Assembly: GCA_030550025.1 (NCBI GenBank)
Contig: JAUQQC010000002.1
Coordinates: 262,058-326,057 of the forward strand
Reading direction: 5' to 3'
DNA: 64,000 bases
DNA from: Acidobacteriota bacterium
GTDB taxonomy: Bacteria > Acidobacteriota > Blastocatellia > HR10
Shown: piece after piece, positions 63,334 through 64,000 of the stretch
How positions within the stretch are numbered: position 1 is the stretch's first letter
Layout: every line of letters starts with the position of its first letter
Translations under genes and position numbers: made by a program
The notes under the pieces: generated by a model
What the model saw: only the letters and a program-made list of their open reading frames with translations
Databases searched by the model: none
Told to the model about the DNA's origin: nothing

Positions 63334-63363
63334 ATGCTAATATATGAGTCTAGCTTTGTCAAG
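63334..63363 (-). promoter_or_regulatory. hspR promoter overlapped by a HAIR-like operator
   Basis: TTGACA-17-TAGCAT; CTTGACA-N7-ACTCATA (HAIR consensus CTTGAGT-N7-ACTCAAG). Confidence 0.8.
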
Positions 63364-63423
63364 TTTTCGACACCCCATTCTCCTTGGGAGGGGGAATCGG
63401 CAGGACTTGCGTTGTGGTGGGGA

Positions 63424-63453
63424 CTTGACAAACTCGGACTCATATTTTATTAT
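63424..63453 (+). promoter_or_regulatory. rpoZ-like/dnaK promoter P1 overlapped by a HAIR-like operator
   Basis: TTGACA-17-TATTAT; CTTGACA-aactcgg-ACTCATA, same half-sites as the hspR promoter. Confidence 0.8.
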
Positions 63454-63503
63454 AAGGATCGGCTAAAAGCTTGTGGTTCTGCTTTTAGCCGCATCAAAGG
63501 CGT

Positions 63504-63532
63504 TTGAACGCGGGTCGTTCATTGAGTATAAT
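63504..63532 (+). promoter_or_regulatory. Second promoter P2 for rpoZ-like/dnaK
   Basis: TTGAAC-17-TATAAT with internal inverted repeat TGAACG-N5-CGTTCA. Confidence 0.6.
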
Positions 63533-63598
63533 CTCCTGGCGCGAGGGAATGGGCTCGTGATGAGTCCGTGAAGACCTCACGACCAGGAGGGAGGGACA

Positions 63599-63838
63599 AT
63601 GGGGACAAGGGTGAAGTTAGCTGAGGAGGCCCTCTCAAAGTTCGACAGTCGCTATTTGATTTGTTCGGTTGTGGCCAAGCGCGCCAAGCAGTTGGTGAAG
63701 CATCCGGAGAGCCAAGGGTTGGCGTGGGCCATCACTCAGGCGTTGAAGGAGTTGAACGAGGAGAAGATCTCCTTCGAGCAACCGGAGTTGGAGAAGCCTC
63801 AGGCGCGCCGTGGCCGGCGCAGTCGAGCTTCTCGCTGA
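63599..63838 (+). CDS. rpoZ: RNA polymerase omega subunit-like protein
   Basis: 79 aa; SRYLICSVVAKRAKQL and A..AL.EL match omega conserved regions; basic tail. Confidence 0.7.
   Translation: MGTRVKLAEEALSKFDSRYLICSVVAKRAKQLVKHPESQGLAWAITQALKELNEEKISFEQPELEKPQARRGRRSRASR

Positions 63839-64000
<162 letters not shown>

Noticed and set aside
63557..63582. GTGATGAGTCCGTGAAGAC resembles the hammerhead core CTGATGA-GTCC-GTGA-GGAC-GAAA
   Set aside because: First core base is G not C, the GAAA and NUH elements are missing, and an alternative long hairpin explains the sequence

Overview
GC-rich bacterial chromosomal window. Two tandem Acidobacterial-type VWA proteins and the M50-trpS-scpA-scpB-rluB gene order suggest Acidobacteriota, possibly Blastocatellia-like (inference). 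Bases 1-15.7 kb are the 3' part of a Wzx/Wzy surface-polysaccharide cluster (epimerases, five glycosyltransferases, a carbamoyltransferase, GDP-fucose synthase, a Uma2 remnant, glmS) that ends 2 bp from a convergent tRNA-Arg. Bases 15.7-56.7 kb are mostly housekeeping: tRNA-Pro/acyP/apt, a split B12 acyl-CoA mutase, nfo, TolC, 2-oxoacid:ferredoxin oxidoreductase, hemW/ltaE/cmk, NrdR-controlled nrdJ, rnr, trpS/scpAB/rluB and dnaB. The most interesting items are: (i) a three-gene, domain-permuted PlsA/PlsR/Ger-like (ether-lipid/plasmalogen reductase-like) cassette behind a TetR gene and a perfect 30-bp palindrome (56.7-62.4 kb); (ii) an unannotated small membrane ORF whose UGA may be selenocysteine (21743-21901); (iii) an HspR heat-shock divergon with an AUU-initiated infA on one arm and an omega (rpoZ)-like gene with a structured leader ahead of dnaK on the other; (iv) a mutase with isobutyryl-CoA-mutase rather than methylmalonyl-CoA-mutase specificity residues. 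No CRISPR array, integrase or transposase was seen. All calls come from motif reading only; no database searches were run.
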